From: Vicinamibacterales bacterium
GTDB taxonomy: Bacteria > Acidobacteriota > Vicinamibacteria > Vicinamibacterales > SCN-69-37
NCBI GenBank assembly: GCA_046594875.1
Contig: JBKJQX010000145.1
Location: forward strand, 7,849-71,848
Reading direction: 5' to 3'
DNA length: 64,000 nucleotides
The position numbers were made by a program, and so were the translations under genes. Within the stretch, counting starts at the first letter, position 1; each line of letters starts with the position of its first letter. Below, one piece after another: positions 53,726 to 63,818 of the stretch. A model generated the notes under the pieces. That model saw only the letters and a list, made by a program, of their open reading frames with translations. It was not told the origin of the DNA and made no database searches.

Positions 53726-54682
53726 TCAACGCCATGGCCCGTAAATGATGACGGCCACTGCGCAGGCCCACAAGGCGACGCAAAGCAGAATCGGCCGATC
53801 TGAAATAAGCGTTTCGGACGGGTTCGCCCCGCCGTCGTGCTTGTGAATGAGGTAGAGATATCGGAACACGCCGTACAGCGGGAACGGCAAGGTGAAGAGC
53901 AGCCGGTCCGTGCCGAACTTTGCGACGGTATCCGGACTGATGGTGTAAAACGCGTACGACAGCAATGTCGCGCTCGTGACAATGGTGATGAGCTGGTCGA
54001 GGAGTTCGGTGGAGTAGTGGGCCAGGATCGGGCGATGACCGGTGCCGCCATCGGCCAGCGTGGCCATCTCGCCGCGCCGCTTGCCCAGCGCCAGGAACAA
54101 CGCGCCAAGCAGCGTGATGACCAGCAACCAGTGGCTGATGGCAACTCCGATCACCACCGCGCCGCCAACCGCGCGCAGCACGAAGCCGCCAGCGATGGTC
54201 AGCACGTCGAGAATCACCAGATGTTTGAGCGCCGTGGAATAGATGGTGAGGAGAGTCACGTAGGCCGTGGCGACCAGGCCAAACGACGGCGACAGCCACC
54301 AGGCCACGCCCAAGCCGGCCGCGACCAGGGCAAACGCTGCCGTGAGTGCAGACGAGGGCGAGATGGCGCCGGCGGCGATGGGACGTTTCGACTTGGTGGG
54401 ATGGAGCCGGTCGGCCGCAACGTCGCGCACGTCATTGACCAGATACACCACTCCCGACAGCACGCAGAACACCAGGAATCCGAGGACCGAGGCCCTGACG
54501 GCCGCCGGATCAAACAACCGACCGCCGAAGATCAGGCCGGCGAACAGGATGAGATTCTTGGTCCACTGCGCCGGCCGCAGCGACAGCAGCAGGTCCGCCA
54601 CCCACGGCCGTCTGCGTGCCGGGCCGTCGGCGAGGGCGTCTGTTGACGCACCGCGATTTGGACGAAGGGTACTTCGCGCCAT
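53726..54682 (-). CDS. UbiA-family prenyltransferase, decaprenyl-phosphate phosphoribosyltransferase (DPPR synthase)-like
   Basis: 318 aa, about 8 TM. RPAQWTKNLILFAG and LVNDVRDVAADRLHPTKSKRPIAAG match the NDxxDxxxD...KxxRP pattern I associate with Rv3806c-type enzymes. Confidence 0.8.
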   Translation of the reverse strand: MARSTLRPNRGASTDALADGPARRRPWVADLLLSLRPAQWTKNLILFAGLIFGGRLFDPAAVRASVLGFLVFCVLSGVVYLVNDVRDVAADRLHPTKSKRPIAAGAISPSSALTAAFALVAAGLGVAWWLSPSFGLVATAYVTLLTIYSTALKHLVILDVLTIAGGFVLRAVGGAVVIGVAISHWLLVITLLGALFLALGKRRGEMATLADGGTGHRPILAHYSTELLDQLITIVTSATLLSYAFYTISPDTVAKFGTDRLLFTLPFPLYGVFRYLYLIHKHDGGANPSETLISDRPILLCVALWACAVAVIIYGPWR

Positions 54683-54690
54683 ACAGGCCT

Positions 54691-54754
54691 GCCCGCCGTA
54701 GCCTTGGCGAAGGCGGGCGCGACGACGGGACGCGCCCCTCAGGGCGCGCCCGTC
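54691..54754 (-). terminator. Two GC-rich hairpins downstream of the STAS gene (candidate terminators, no U-tract)
   Basis: gcccgcc-N14-ggcgggc at 54691-54718. gacggg(a)cgcgccc-ctca-gggcgcgcccgtc at 54724-54754 (13-bp stem with one bulge). Confidence 0.3.
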
Positions 54755-54791
54755 AATCGACTCTGAAATTCAGGCGACGGCTGAAGAACCG

Positions 54792-55130
54792 TTATTTGTA
54801 ACTCTTGAGCGCGTCCTGCTCGACTTCGAACGTCTCGAAGACCGTGAGCAGTTTCGTGATCATCAAGAGGTCGGTGATGCGCTTGGTCAGGTTGACCAGC
54901 TTCAGCTGGCCGCCCTGGCGGCTGACCGTCGTGTACGTGCGGACGATTTCACCGAGACCTGCGCTGTCAATGTACGGAACCTCTGCCAGGTTCAGCAGGA
55001 TGCGCTTCTTGTCCTGCATGATGAGCGAGTTGATCTTGTCCTTCAGGACTTCGTCACCCTCGTTCAAGGTGATTTTGCCTTTCAGGTCCAGAATGATGAC
55101 CTCGCCCACAAGTCGTTCGTCGATCTGCAT
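54792..55130 (-). CDS. STAS-domain anti-sigma-factor antagonist (SpoIIAA-like)
   Basis: ATG 55130 lies inside track ORF 54792-55241 and is preceded by AGGAG. ILDLKGKITL...LLNLAEVPYIDSAGLGEIV carries the conserved phosphorylatable Ser context DSAGLG. Confidence 0.85.
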   Translation of the reverse strand: MQIDERLVGEVIILDLKGKITLNEGDEVLKDKINSLIMQDKKRILLNLAEVPYIDSAGLGEIVRTYTTVSRQGGQLKLVNLTKRITDLLMITKLLTVFETFEVEQDALKSYK

Positions 55131-55288
55131 ACCCACTCCTGTTGCTGCCGCGACCATGCGGCGCATCTCGGACGCGTCCCCGGCAGAAGCCGCGCGCCAA
55201 AGCGCGCACCGCTCCTGAGTGTCCGGACCCAGGGACCACAATCTTCCCGGTAAGTTTAGGGTGTGATCGATCGATTTGACAAGGGATA

Positions 55289-55323
55289 ACGCCCCGGACC
55301 CGTTTTGGGCGGGTGCGGGGCGT
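55289..55323 (-). terminator. Hairpin downstream of rpsU
   Basis: acgccccggacccg-ttttggg-cgggtgcggggcgt forms a 14-bp stem with one mismatch, 29 nt after the rpsU stop. No clear U-tract follows. Confidence 0.4.
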
Positions 55324-55351
55324 CAACCAGACGTGCTCTGCGTGCCAGAAC

Positions 55352-55549
55352 CTACTCGACGTCGCGGCGCAGCTTCTTGCGCGACCGCTTCCGCGCCAGC
55401 GCCGACTTGACCCGCTTCTTGTCGCCCGGCTTCAAGTAGAAGGAGTGTTTCTTGATGTCCTTGATGATGTCTTCCTGCTGCACCTTGCGCTTGAAACGGC
55501 GCAACGCGCTCTCAATGGACTCGCCTTCCTGGATTCGAACTTCTGCCAT
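55352..55549 (-). CDS. rpsU: 30S ribosomal protein S21
   Basis: ATG 55549 lies inside track ORF 55352-55609. MAEVRIQEGESIESALRRFKRKVQQEDIIKDIKKHSFYLKPGDKKRVKSALARKRSRK. A GGGAAGGGGG SD-like tract lies upstream. Confidence 0.92.
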   Translation of the reverse strand: MAEVRIQEGESIESALRRFKRKVQQEDIIKDIKKHSFYLKPGDKKRVKSALARKRSRKKLRRDVE

Positions 55550-55634
55550 GGATGCACACCCCCTTCCCTGGTGAATTGTGCCCCGAAGGACAACAAGACA
55601 GCCTATCACGCAACGAGGGCGCTAGAATCCCTGC

Positions 55635-56900
55635 ATGAACGTCCTTGTGGTGGGTGGAGGCGGCCGGGAGCATGCCCTGGCCTGGCGGCTGACGCAGGAC
55701 CCGGAGGTCACCGGGGTCCTTTGCGCCCCTGGGAACCCCGGAATTGCCGCCGTAGCTCAGTGTTTCCCCCTGGAGGCCACCGACGTGGAGGGCCTGCTCG
55801 CGCTCGCCATCAGGGAGCAGGTCTCGCTGACGGTGGTTGGCCCGGAAGCCGCACTGGACAAGGGCATTGCGGACCGGTTTCGGGCCGCCGGGCTCGCCAT
55901 TGTGGGTCCTCCCAAACACGCCGCCGGGCTGGAAACCTCCAAGGTGTTTTCAAAGCACTTCATGACACGTGCCGGCATTCCCACCGCGCGGTTCATCGCG
56001 TGCGACACGGCCGACGCCGCGCTCGCCGCAGTCGCAGGGGACCGATTTGGCTTCCCCGTGGTCGTCAAGGCCGACGGCCTTGCCGGCGGCAAGGGAGTGG
56101 TGGTGGCCGTTGATAGGGCGGAGGCCGAAGCAGCTGTCCGGACGGCCATGGTCGATCGGGCGTTTGGTCAGGCGGGCAGCACTCTGGTGATCGAGGAGTG
56201 CCTGACCGGCCCCGAGGTCTCGTTTTTTGCCCTCTGCGATGGCCGCCGAGCCGTCGCCCTCGGCACCGCGCAGGATCATAAACGCGTTTTTGATGGCGAT
56301 CGCGGGCCCAATACCGGCGGCATGGGGGCGTTTGCGCCCAGCCCACTCATGACCCCGGCGCTCGAGTCCACGGTCATGCGCACCATCGTGCAACCCGTGA
56401 TTGATGGGTTTCAGGCCGAAGGCGGCTATCGGGGCTTCTTATACGTGAGCCTGATGCTGACGCCCGACGGGCCCAAGGTCATCGAATTCAACGTCCGGTT
56501 TGGCGACCCCGAGGCTCAGGTGGTGCTCCCGCTGATTGAGGGGAGTTTCGCCGCCACGCTCCTCGCCGCTGCCGAGGGCCGGCTCGGGTCGCAAGCCCCG
56601 CGATTGTCCGAAGGGGCGGCCGTGGGTGTCGTGCTGGCGTCGGCCGGTTATCCCGGTCCCATTTCCACCGGCGTCACCATTGACGGACTGGCCGCTCAGC
56701 CCGCCGAAGGCGTCACCGTGTTTCATGCCGGCACCGCCACCGTGGGTGAAAGCGTCGTGACCGCCGGTGGCCGTGTGCTCACGGTCGTGGCCCGCGGAGC
56801 CACCCACGCCGAAGCACGGAAACGCGCCTACACCGCCGCCGCCGCGATACACTTTGACGGCATGCAGTACCGCACCGATATCGGGGCAGCGTTCAAGTAG
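55635..56900 (+). CDS. purD: Phosphoribosylamine--glycine ligase
   Basis: MNVLVVGGGGREHALAW, an ATP-grasp region (VVVKADGLAGGKGV) and VIEFNVRFGDPE. Confidence 0.95.
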   Translation: MNVLVVGGGGREHALAWRLTQDPEVTGVLCAPGNPGIAAVAQCFPLEATDVEGLLALAIREQVSLTVVGPEAALDKGIADRFRAAGLAIVGPPKHAAGLETSKVFSKHFMTRAGIPTARFIACDTADAALAAVAGDRFGFPVVVKADGLAGGKGVVVAVDRAEAEAAVRTAMVDRAFGQAGSTLVIEECLTGPEVSFFALCDGRRAVALGTAQDHKRVFDGDRGPNTGGMGAFAPSPLMTPALESTVMRTIVQPVIDGFQAEGGYRGFLYVSLMLTPDGPKVIEFNVRFGDPEAQVVLPLIEGSFAATLLAAAEGRLGSQAPRLSEGAAVGVVLASAGYPGPISTGVTIDGLAAQPAEGVTVFHAGTATVGESVVTAGGRVLTVVARGATHAEARKRAYTAAAAIHFDGMQYRTDIGAAFK

Positions 56901-56985
56901 CCGATTGCCCGATTCGATTGCCGATGTCAGATTGTCGTTAACCAAACCCGATTACCGATTTCAGATTGCAGATTACCGATTCACC
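56901..56985. repeat. Degenerate GATTNCN heptamer array in the purD-purE spacer
   Basis: GATT starts at 56950, 56957, 56964, 56971 and 56978, exactly 7 nt apart (gattacc gatttca gattgca gattacc gattcac), ending 1 nt before the purE ATG. A second block at 56916-56943 reads gattgcc gatgtca gattgtc gttaacc. Further ccgatt copies start at 56901 and 56909. Confidence 0.85.
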
Positions 56986-57477
56986 ATGGATGTTTTGATC
57001 TTGATGGGTTCCGATTCCGACGCCGACGTGATGTCCGCGGCGGGTGCTGCGTTGACCGAGTTTGGACTGGTGTGGGAGATGACCGTCGCCTCCGCGCACC
57101 GGTCGCCCGCGCGCGTCCTGCGCCTGATCGACGATGCGCACACACGCGGCGTGAAGGTCTTTATCGTTGGGGCAGGGGCGGCCGCGCACCTGGCCGGCGT
57201 GGTGGCGGCGCACACGCCTCGTCCGGTGATCGGCGTGCCGATCGATTCATCCGCGCTCAAAGGCATGGACGCGCTCTTGTCCACCGTGCAGATGCCGCCG
57301 GGAGTGCCAGTGGCCACCGTGGCGATCGGCAAGCCCGGCGCGACCAACGCCGGTGTCCTCGCGGCGCAGATGATCGCGCTGGGCGACCCCGCGCTTGCCG
57401 AGCGCGTGGTGGCTTACAAGGTCGGACTCGAAGCCAAGGTCGAGGCCGCCGCCGCGCGGCTCGCGCAGCGCAAGTAG
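56986..57477 (+). CDS. purE: 5-(carboxyamino)imidazole ribonucleotide mutase (class I PurE)
   Basis: ATG 56986 lies inside track ORF 56767-57477. ILMGSDSD, VASAHRSP, GAGAAAHLAGVVAA and VIGVPI are present. Confidence 0.93.
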   Translation: MDVLILMGSDSDADVMSAAGAALTEFGLVWEMTVASAHRSPARVLRLIDDAHTRGVKVFIVGAGAAAHLAGVVAAHTPRPVIGVPIDSSALKGMDALLSTVQMPPGVPVATVAIGKPGATNAGVLAAQMIALGDPALAERVVAYKVGLEAKVEAAAARLAQRK

Positions 57478-57488
57478 GATCTCTGAGG

Positions 57489-58574
57489 TCAGACCTCAGA
57501 GGTCGTTTTCCGTGTCGCCTCCACCAATAACTGACCGCACGCCGCGCGAATGTCGCGCCCGCGACTCTTGCGCACCGACACCGTGACCCCGCGATCGGCG
57601 AGGATGGCCGCAAACGCGTTCACCCGCTCGTCGGACGGCCGCCGATAGGGGATGCCCGCGGCCTCATTGAGCGGCAGCAGGTTCACCTTCGCCTGAATGC
57701 CTTCGAGCAGTTTCACCAGCCGCCGCGCGTCGTCAGGCGTGTCGTTGACCTGGTCGAGCAGCACGTATTCAAACGTGATGCGTCCGCGCCGCCGCAGCGG
57801 AAACGCGCGGCAGGCATCCATCAACTCCTGGAGCTTGTACTTGCGGTTGATGGGCGCGAGCACGTCGCGCTGCTCGTCGGTGGTGGCGTGCAGGGAAATC
57901 GCCAGGTTGGGCATGATCGGTTCTTCGGCCATGCGCTGCAGGCCGGGCAGCACGCCAACGGTGGAAAGTGTGATGCGCCGCGGCGGTACGGCCAAGCCCT
58001 GCTCGTCGGTCAGGATCCTCAGCGCCTTCATCGTGGCATCGTAGTTGTGCAGCGGTTCGCCCATGCCCATGAGGACGATGTTGAACGCCGCGGCGGCAAG
58101 GCCCGTTTCTCTCGCGAGCACCCGTACCTGGCCGGCAATTTCTCCGGCCGTCAGGTTGCGCAGCAATCCCATTTTGCCCGTGAGGCAGAAGCCGCACGCC
58201 ATCGCGCACCCGACCTGGGTCGAGATGCAGAAGGTCTGCGCCGGCGTATCCGGAATGTAGACCGCCTCGATTTGCCGGCCGTCGCCAAGTTGCAGCAGGA
58301 ACTTGGTGGTGCCGTCGGATGAGACCTGCTTTGCCGCCAGGGCCGGCTCGGCAATTGCGCCGCGGGCGGCGAGCGCCGCGCGCAATTCCTGGGGCAGATT
58401 GGTCATCGCAGAGAAGTCGGACACCCCCCGCTGATGAATCCACTGAAAGATCTGCCGGCCGCGAAATCCGGGCAGGCCAAGGCTGATGGCGGCCCGTTCC
58501 AGTTCCGGGCGTTCGAGCGCAGAAAAATCCAACGATGGTAATGCGAGAGAGCCTTGTTCCACGGTAAAGGCCAT
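57489..58574 (-). CDS. rlmN: 23S rRNA (adenine2503-C2)-methyltransferase, radical SAM
   Basis: GCAMACGFCLTG (CxxxCxxC cluster), MGMGEPLHNY, and the C-terminal DIRAACGQL. Confidence 0.93.
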   Translation of the reverse strand: MAFTVEQGSLALPSLDFSALERPELERAAISLGLPGFRGRQIFQWIHQRGVSDFSAMTNLPQELRAALAARGAIAEPALAAKQVSSDGTTKFLLQLGDGRQIEAVYIPDTPAQTFCISTQVGCAMACGFCLTGKMGLLRNLTAGEIAGQVRVLARETGLAAAAFNIVLMGMGEPLHNYDATMKALRILTDEQGLAVPPRRITLSTVGVLPGLQRMAEEPIMPNLAISLHATTDEQRDVLAPINRKYKLQELMDACRAFPLRRRGRITFEYVLLDQVNDTPDDARRLVKLLEGIQAKVNLLPLNEAAGIPYRRPSDERVNAFAAILADRGVTVSVRKSRGRDIRAACGQLLVEATRKTTSEV

Positions 58575-58648
58575 GGTATCATTCTGGACTTGATCCTAGC
58601 GTGTAAACTCCCGTTACTGAACAACTTACAGGGTTCGGGCCGTGTACG

Positions 58649-59926
58649 ATGGTGAAGAGCGAAACGTTCCCGTCCGGCCTGCGGCTTGTCACTGAAACCC
58701 TGCCGCACGTGCGGTCGGTGGCCATCGGCGTGTGGCTGACCCGCGGCTCGCGCCATGAGTCGGATGCCGAGAGTGGCATCGCGCACTTCGTGGAGCACAT
58801 GTTGTTCAAGGGGACCGAACGGCGATCGGCGCGCGACCTGGCGCAAGCGATCGACTCGGTCGGCGGCCAGGTGGATGCGTTCACGTCGAAGGAATACGCC
58901 GGCTACTACATCAAGGTGCTCGACGAGCACGTGCCGATTGCGCTGGACCTGCTCAGCGACATGCTCCTGAATCCGGCACTGGCGCCAGACGACGTGGTGC
59001 GCGAGCAGGGCGTGATCCTCGAAGAGATCAAGATGGTCGAGGACGCGCCCGATGACCTTGTGCACGAAATGTTCGTGCAGAAGTTCTGGACACGCCATCC
59101 CCTCGGTCGCCCCATTCTCGGCACACCCGAGACGGTCTCGAGTTTCTCCTCGGCGCAGTTACGCAATTACTTCCGCCGCACCTACGTGGCGCCAAACCTG
59201 GTGGTGGCAGCCGCGGGCCATCTCGATCACGATCGCCTTCGCGATGACATCGCACGGGTCTTCGGGTCGTTGTCGTCAGTGGCGTCTGACGACGCGGTGA
59301 CGGTCCCGTCGATGACGCCGGGCGTGGAGCAACGCGTCAAGGACATTGAACAAAGTCACGTGTGCCTGGGCACCACGGCATATGGCGAGGGCCATGCGGA
59401 CCGGCACGCGGTGTTTGTGCTCAATACGATCCTGGGCGGCTCGATGAGCTCCCGGCTGTTCCAGCACATCCGCGAAGAGCGGGGACTGGCGTATTCGGTG
59501 TTCAGCAATCTGTCGTCCTACACCGACGCGGGCATGATCAGCGTATATGCCGGATGCGCCGCGGACAAGGTGGACGAGGTCGTGTCGCTCGCGCTCGACG
59601 AATTGCGCGGCCTGCGATCCGAGGCCGTGCCGGCCGAGGAACTGCGGCGCGCCAAGGATCACCTCAAGGGCAGTGTCATGTTGAGTCTGGAGAACACCTC
59701 CAGCCGGATGTCGCACCTGGCCCGGCAGGAGATGGTCTTCGGCCGTCACATTTCATTCGATGAAATGCTGGCGAACATCGAGGCAGTCAGTGCGGACGAT
59801 GTGCTGCGGGTGGCGCAGGATCTGTTTCGTGATGACGGCATGGTGGCCAGTGTGGTGGGACCCGATCGCGGCGATCGATTGTCGGCCGACCGCCTGCGCC
59901 TGACGCAAGGAGCACCGAACGCATGA
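58649..59926 (+). CDS. M16 family (pitrilysin/insulinase-like) zinc peptidase
   Basis: HFVEHMLFKGT inverted zinc motif HxxEH, then EEIKMVEDAPDD. 425 aa. Confidence 0.88.
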   Translation: MVKSETFPSGLRLVTETLPHVRSVAIGVWLTRGSRHESDAESGIAHFVEHMLFKGTERRSARDLAQAIDSVGGQVDAFTSKEYAGYYIKVLDEHVPIALDLLSDMLLNPALAPDDVVREQGVILEEIKMVEDAPDDLVHEMFVQKFWTRHPLGRPILGTPETVSSFSSAQLRNYFRRTYVAPNLVVAAAGHLDHDRLRDDIARVFGSLSSVASDDAVTVPSMTPGVEQRVKDIEQSHVCLGTTAYGEGHADRHAVFVLNTILGGSMSSRLFQHIREERGLAYSVFSNLSSYTDAGMISVYAGCAADKVDEVVSLALDELRGLRSEAVPAEELRRAKDHLKGSVMLSLENTSSRMSHLARQEMVFGRHISFDEMLANIEAVSADDVLRVAQDLFRDDGMVASVVGPDRGDRLSADRLRLTQGAPNA

Positions 59927-61248
59927 TTGCCCGGTACACCCACCCGGAAATGGGCGCCATCTGGAGTGAGCAACGCCGCTACGACGCGTGGCTCGAGGTG
60001 GAACTGGCCGCGACCGACGCGCTGGCCGACGCGGGTGTGGTGCCCGTCGAGGATGCGCGCACGCTTCGCGAGCGGGCATCATTCGATATCGCGCGCATCG
60101 ACGAAATCGAGCTGGTCACCCAGCACGATGTGATTGCCTTCACGACGGCCGTGGCCGAAAAAGTGGGGCCGTCCGCCAGGTGGTTGCACTTCGGGCTCAC
60201 GTCGTCGGATGTGCTCGACACGGCTTTGGCCCTGCAGATGCGCCAGGCGTGTGATCTGTTGCTCACGCGGGTCGATGCGCTGGCGGCAGCCATCCGCACC
60301 CGTGCGATGGAACACCAGCGCACCCCGATGATTGGGCGCACGCACGGTGTGCACGCGGAGTTGATGACGTTCGGCGTCAAGCTGGCGCTGTGGTACGCCG
60401 AAGTGCAACGTGGTCGCGAACGCTTGGTGCGGGCGCGCGACGCGGTGGCAGTGGGCAAGTTGTCAGGCGCGGTTGGCTCTTTTGCACACCTCGATCCGGC
60501 CATCGAAGCGGCTGTGTGTGCGCGCCTGGGCCTCTCAGCTGACCCGGTGTCATCGCAGGTCGTGTCGCGCGATCGCCATGCCGAGTTGATGTCGGCGCTG
60601 GCCATTCTGGCTGCGTCCCTTGAGAAATTCGCGCTGGAGATTAGGGGCCTGCAGAAGACCGAGATTGGCGAAGTGGAAGAACCGTTTGCCAAAGGGCAGA
60701 AGGGTTCGTCGGCGATGCCGCACAAGCGCAATCCCATCGGTTGTGAACAGGTGACTGGCCTTGCCCGGCTGATTCGCGCCAATGCGATGGCGGCCCTCGA
60801 GAATGTTGCGCTATGGCACGAGCGCGACATTTCGCACTCGTCGGTCGAACGCGTGATCCTGCCCGACAGTTTCATCGCCCTCGATCACATGCTGCGGCGT
60901 TTTACGCGCATCGTCGCCGGCATGGTCGTGTATCCGGCGCGTATGCTCGAGAATCTCGGTCGGTCGCGCGGCGTGGTGTATTCAGGCAGCGTGCTGCTGG
61001 AACTCGCGCGGCGCGGCGTCTCGCGCGAAGACGCCTACCTCTGGGTGCAGCGCAACGCGATGAAGAGTTTTCAAGAGGGCGTGGACTTCCAGGAGTTGCT
61101 TCTGGCCGACGCGGATATCACCCGGGTGCTGTCTGCAGAGATCGTGAAAGAGGCGTTTGATCTGGACGCGCAACTTCGGAACGTGGGCGCCATCTTCGCC
61201 AGAGTGTTCGGCCCAGCCGGCGATCAACCCACCAGGGAGGCTCCGTGA
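59923..61248 (+). CDS. purB: Adenylosuccinate lyase
   Basis: [26 protein letters not shown] and [14 protein letters not shown] (signature loop). A 4-nt overlap links it to the upstream gene. Confidence 0.95.
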   Translation: MIARYTHPEMGAIWSEQRRYDAWLEVELAATDALADAGVVPVEDARTLRERASFDIARIDEIELVTQHDVIAFTTAVAEKVGPSARWLHFGLTSSDVLDTALALQMRQACDLLLTRVDALAAAIRTRAMEHQRTPMIGRTHGVHAELMTFGVKLALWYAEVQRGRERLVRARDAVAVGKLSGAVGSFAHLDPAIEAAVCARLGLSADPVSSQVVSRDRHAELMSALAILAASLEKFALEIRGLQKTEIGEVEEPFAKGQKGSSAMPHKRNPIGCEQVTGLARLIRANAMAALENVALWHERDISHSSVERVILPDSFIALDHMLRRFTRIVAGMVVYPARMLENLGRSRGVVYSGSVLLELARRGVSREDAYLWVQRNAMKSFQEGVDFQELLLADADITRVLSAEIVKEAFDLDAQLRNVGAIFARVFGPAGDQPTREAP

Positions 61249-62651
61249 CCGACAAGTTCCGTGAGGAGTGCGGCATCTTCGGCATCTTCGGGCACGCGGA
61301 GGCGGCCAACCTCACCTACCTTGGCCTCTACGCCTTGCAGCACCGGGGCCAGGAAAGTGTGGGAATCAGCACGTCGGACGGGAAGCGGCTGAGACAGCAC
61401 AAGGCGATGGGATACGTCGCCGATGCGTTCAACGAAGACACCCTCAAACACCTCGTGGGCACGAGCGCGATTGGCCACGTGCGGTACTCGACCGCCGGTG
61501 AAAGCGGACTCCGGAACGCGCAGCCCATCCAGATCGATTGCGCGCATGGCGAGATTGCCGTGGGGCACAACGGCAACCTGGTCAACGCCGAGGAACTGCG
61601 GACCGCGCTGGTGCAGCAGGGTTCAATTTTCCAGACCTCGAGCGACACTGAAGTGCTGCTCCACTTGTATGCCCGGTCCAAAGCGGCGACGCCCGACGAG
61701 GCGCTTGTGGAAGCCATCCAGCAGGCGCAAGGCGCCTTTTCACTCGTGCTGTTGACGAAGGATCGCCTGATCGCAGCGCGCGATCCCCATGGGTTCCGGC
61801 CGTTGACGATCGGTCGTCTGGGCGACGCGTACATTGTGTGTTCCGAAACCTGCGCGCTCGACCTCATCGATGCCACATGGGTACGTGATGTCGAGCCGGG
61901 TGAAGTACTGATCATCAGCGCGGCCGGCGTGAAGTCGATCAAGCCGTTTGCCAGGGCGCAGCGCGCACATTGCGTGTTTGAGCATGTGTACTTCGCGCGG
62001 CCGGATTCGTATGTGTTTGGCCAGAGTGTCAATGAGGTGAGGACGGCGTTCGGTCGCCAACTCGCGAAAGAACAACCGGCCGACGCCGACGTGGTTGTGC
62101 CCGTTCCCGACTCCGGCGTGTGTGCGGCCACGGGGTACGCGTTTGCCGCGGCTCTGCCGTTGCAGATGGGGCTGATCCGGAACCACTATGTGGGCCGCAC
62201 GTTCATCGAACCGCAGCAGTCCATCCGGCACTTCGGTGTGCGAGTGAAACTCAATCCCGTCAAGAGCATCCTGGCCGGCAAGCGCGTGGTGCTCGTGGAT
62301 GACTCGATTGTGCGAGGCACCACCAGCCGGAAGATTGTGAAGATGGTCCGCGCCGCCGGCGCCACCGAAGTGCACGTGCGCATCAGCTGCCCGCCAACGG
62401 TCTCGCCGTGTTTCTACGGCGTGGACACACCCCAGCGAGCCGAGCTGATCGCGGCCACGCATTCGCTTGAGGAAGTGCGCAAGTACATCGAAGCCGACAG
62501 CCTCGGCTATCTGTCGCTCGACGGCCTTCTGGCCGCCGTCGGGCCCGACCGGTCGTCCTACTGCACGTCGTGCTACACGGGCGAGTACCCGGTAGCATTT
62601 CCCCGCAACGAAGCCGCCTATCTCCAATTGGCGCTGAAGCTGGTTAAATGA
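61245..62651 (+). CDS. purF: Amidophosphoribosyltransferase
   Basis: [11 protein letters not shown] (N-terminal nucleophile Cys), [21 protein letters not shown] (PRPP loop), and a Cys-rich C-terminus (CFYG..., [11 protein letters not shown]). A 4-nt overlap links it to purB. Confidence 0.95.
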   Translation: MTDKFREECGIFGIFGHAEAANLTYLGLYALQHRGQESVGISTSDGKRLRQHKAMGYVADAFNEDTLKHLVGTSAIGHVRYSTAGESGLRNAQPIQIDCAHGEIAVGHNGNLVNAEELRTALVQQGSIFQTSSDTEVLLHLYARSKAATPDEALVEAIQQAQGAFSLVLLTKDRLIAARDPHGFRPLTIGRLGDAYIVCSETCALDLIDATWVRDVEPGEVLIISAAGVKSIKPFARAQRAHCVFEHVYFARPDSYVFGQSVNEVRTAFGRQLAKEQPADADVVVPVPDSGVCAATGYAFAAALPLQMGLIRNHYVGRTFIEPQQSIRHFGVRVKLNPVKSILAGKRVVLVDDSIVRGTTSRKIVKMVRAAGATEVHVRISCPPTVSPCFYGVDTPQRAELIAATHSLEEVRKYIEADSLGYLSLDGLLAAVGPDRSSYCTSCYTGEYPVAFPRNEAAYLQLALKLVK

Positions 62652-63817
62652 CCCTGCGATCATCCTTGTCCCTCGCAATTCTGGTCGTCGGTCTCCTGGG
62701 AGTGGTTGTGCCTGCCCAGCAGGCCCCTGCACAGCCGATGTCCCTCAAGGCCGCGATCGATCAGTTGGTGTCGTTCGATTTCCCGACGCGAACCGAGGCG
62801 GCCCGCGTGGTCAGACGAGCGCCGGCGGCCGAGGCCGTGCCCGCCCTCGCCGCTGCGGCGCGACTGCACACCGATGGCTACGTTCGATACCGTGCGCTGG
62901 TACTGTTGGCGGGATTCGGCCAGACGTCTGCCACAAGCACGATGCGCATGTTGATTGGCGACTCGAACGATCGCATCCGCGCCGTCACCTACGGCTGGTT
63001 CCAGCATCATCCCGATCCGGAGATGCTACAGGCGCTGATTGGGGCGTTGGACCGTGAGCAGTCCGAGTTCGTGCGCCCAGGCCTGACCCGGGCGCTGGCG
63101 GCGTCGCACGCCGACCCGGCGGTGCGCAAGGCCCTTGAGCCGCTGATTCTGCGGGGCGAAGACTATTTCCGCGGATCGGTCATCGAAGGACTGGGAGACT
63201 ACCGCGCCACCTGGGCGCGAGCGGCAATTGAGAGCGTCGCACTTCTCGACGGACCGCTGCAGGATGATGCGATTCTTTCGCTCGGCAAGATCGGCGACAA
63301 GGCCTCGCTGCCGGTGTTGGCCACCTTGCAGAAGAGAGTCGGCCGGGAACTGCAGCCCTCTGTCGCGGCCTCGTCGTGCCTCATCTCGGGCGAGTGCGCG
63401 GCGCATGTGGATTATCTCGCCAAGACCCTCCTGTTTGCCGCCAGCGACCCCCAGCGCCAGACGCTGCTCCGCGCCGCCGCGTTTGCGCTGAGCGCACTCG
63501 CCGCACGTGGGGATCGCCAGGCCCTGACCGTCCTGCTCGATGTGGGTGAGCCCTCCAAAGACCCCGTGCGGGCCGCAGTGGCATTGGCCGTGGGACATGT
63601 CGCACTGCGCAACGCCGGCTTGTTGCTCACTGTGCTCGAAACGCGAAAGACGCTGGGGCTGGCGACGGACCTCATGCTCGACGCCTTCGACATGTTGTCG
63701 GAGGACTTCGAGGAAGAACGGTTCTTTGTCGAGATTCGCCGTGTGTATTGGTCGGCGGCTGAAGGTTCAGTGACCCGGCGCGTCGCGCAGGCCCTGATCG
63801 ACAAACTGGAGTTTTAG
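62648..63817 (+). CDS. Secreted HEAT/armadillo-like repeat protein, function unknown
   Basis: Signal peptide [22 protein letters not shown]. Repeated helical-hairpin motifs include R..A...L, D..VR..A...[34 protein letters not shown] and [10 protein letters not shown]. It overlaps the purF stop by 4 nt and ends 1 nt before purM. Confidence 0.65.
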   Translation: MTLRSSLSLAILVVGLLGVVVPAQQAPAQPMSLKAAIDQLVSFDFPTRTEAARVVRRAPAAEAVPALAAAARLHTDGYVRYRALVLLAGFGQTSATSTMRMLIGDSNDRIRAVTYGWFQHHPDPEMLQALIGALDREQSEFVRPGLTRALAASHADPAVRKALEPLILRGEDYFRGSVIEGLGDYRATWARAAIESVALLDGPLQDDAILSLGKIGDKASLPVLATLQKRVGRELQPSVAASSCLISGECAAHVDYLAKTLLFAASDPQRQTLLRAAAFALSALAARGDRQALTVLLDVGEPSKDPVRAAVALAVGHVALRNAGLLLTVLETRKTLGLATDLMLDAFDMLSEDFEEERFFVEIRRVYWSAAEGSVTRRVAQALIDKLEF

Positions 63818-63818
63818 C

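Noticed and set aside
56901-56985. Heptamer array considered as a CRISPR array or tRNA/ncRNA gene
   Set aside because: The units are 7 nt with no spacers, and there is no cloverleaf or extended stem potential. I kept it only as a short tandem repeat or regulatory candidate.
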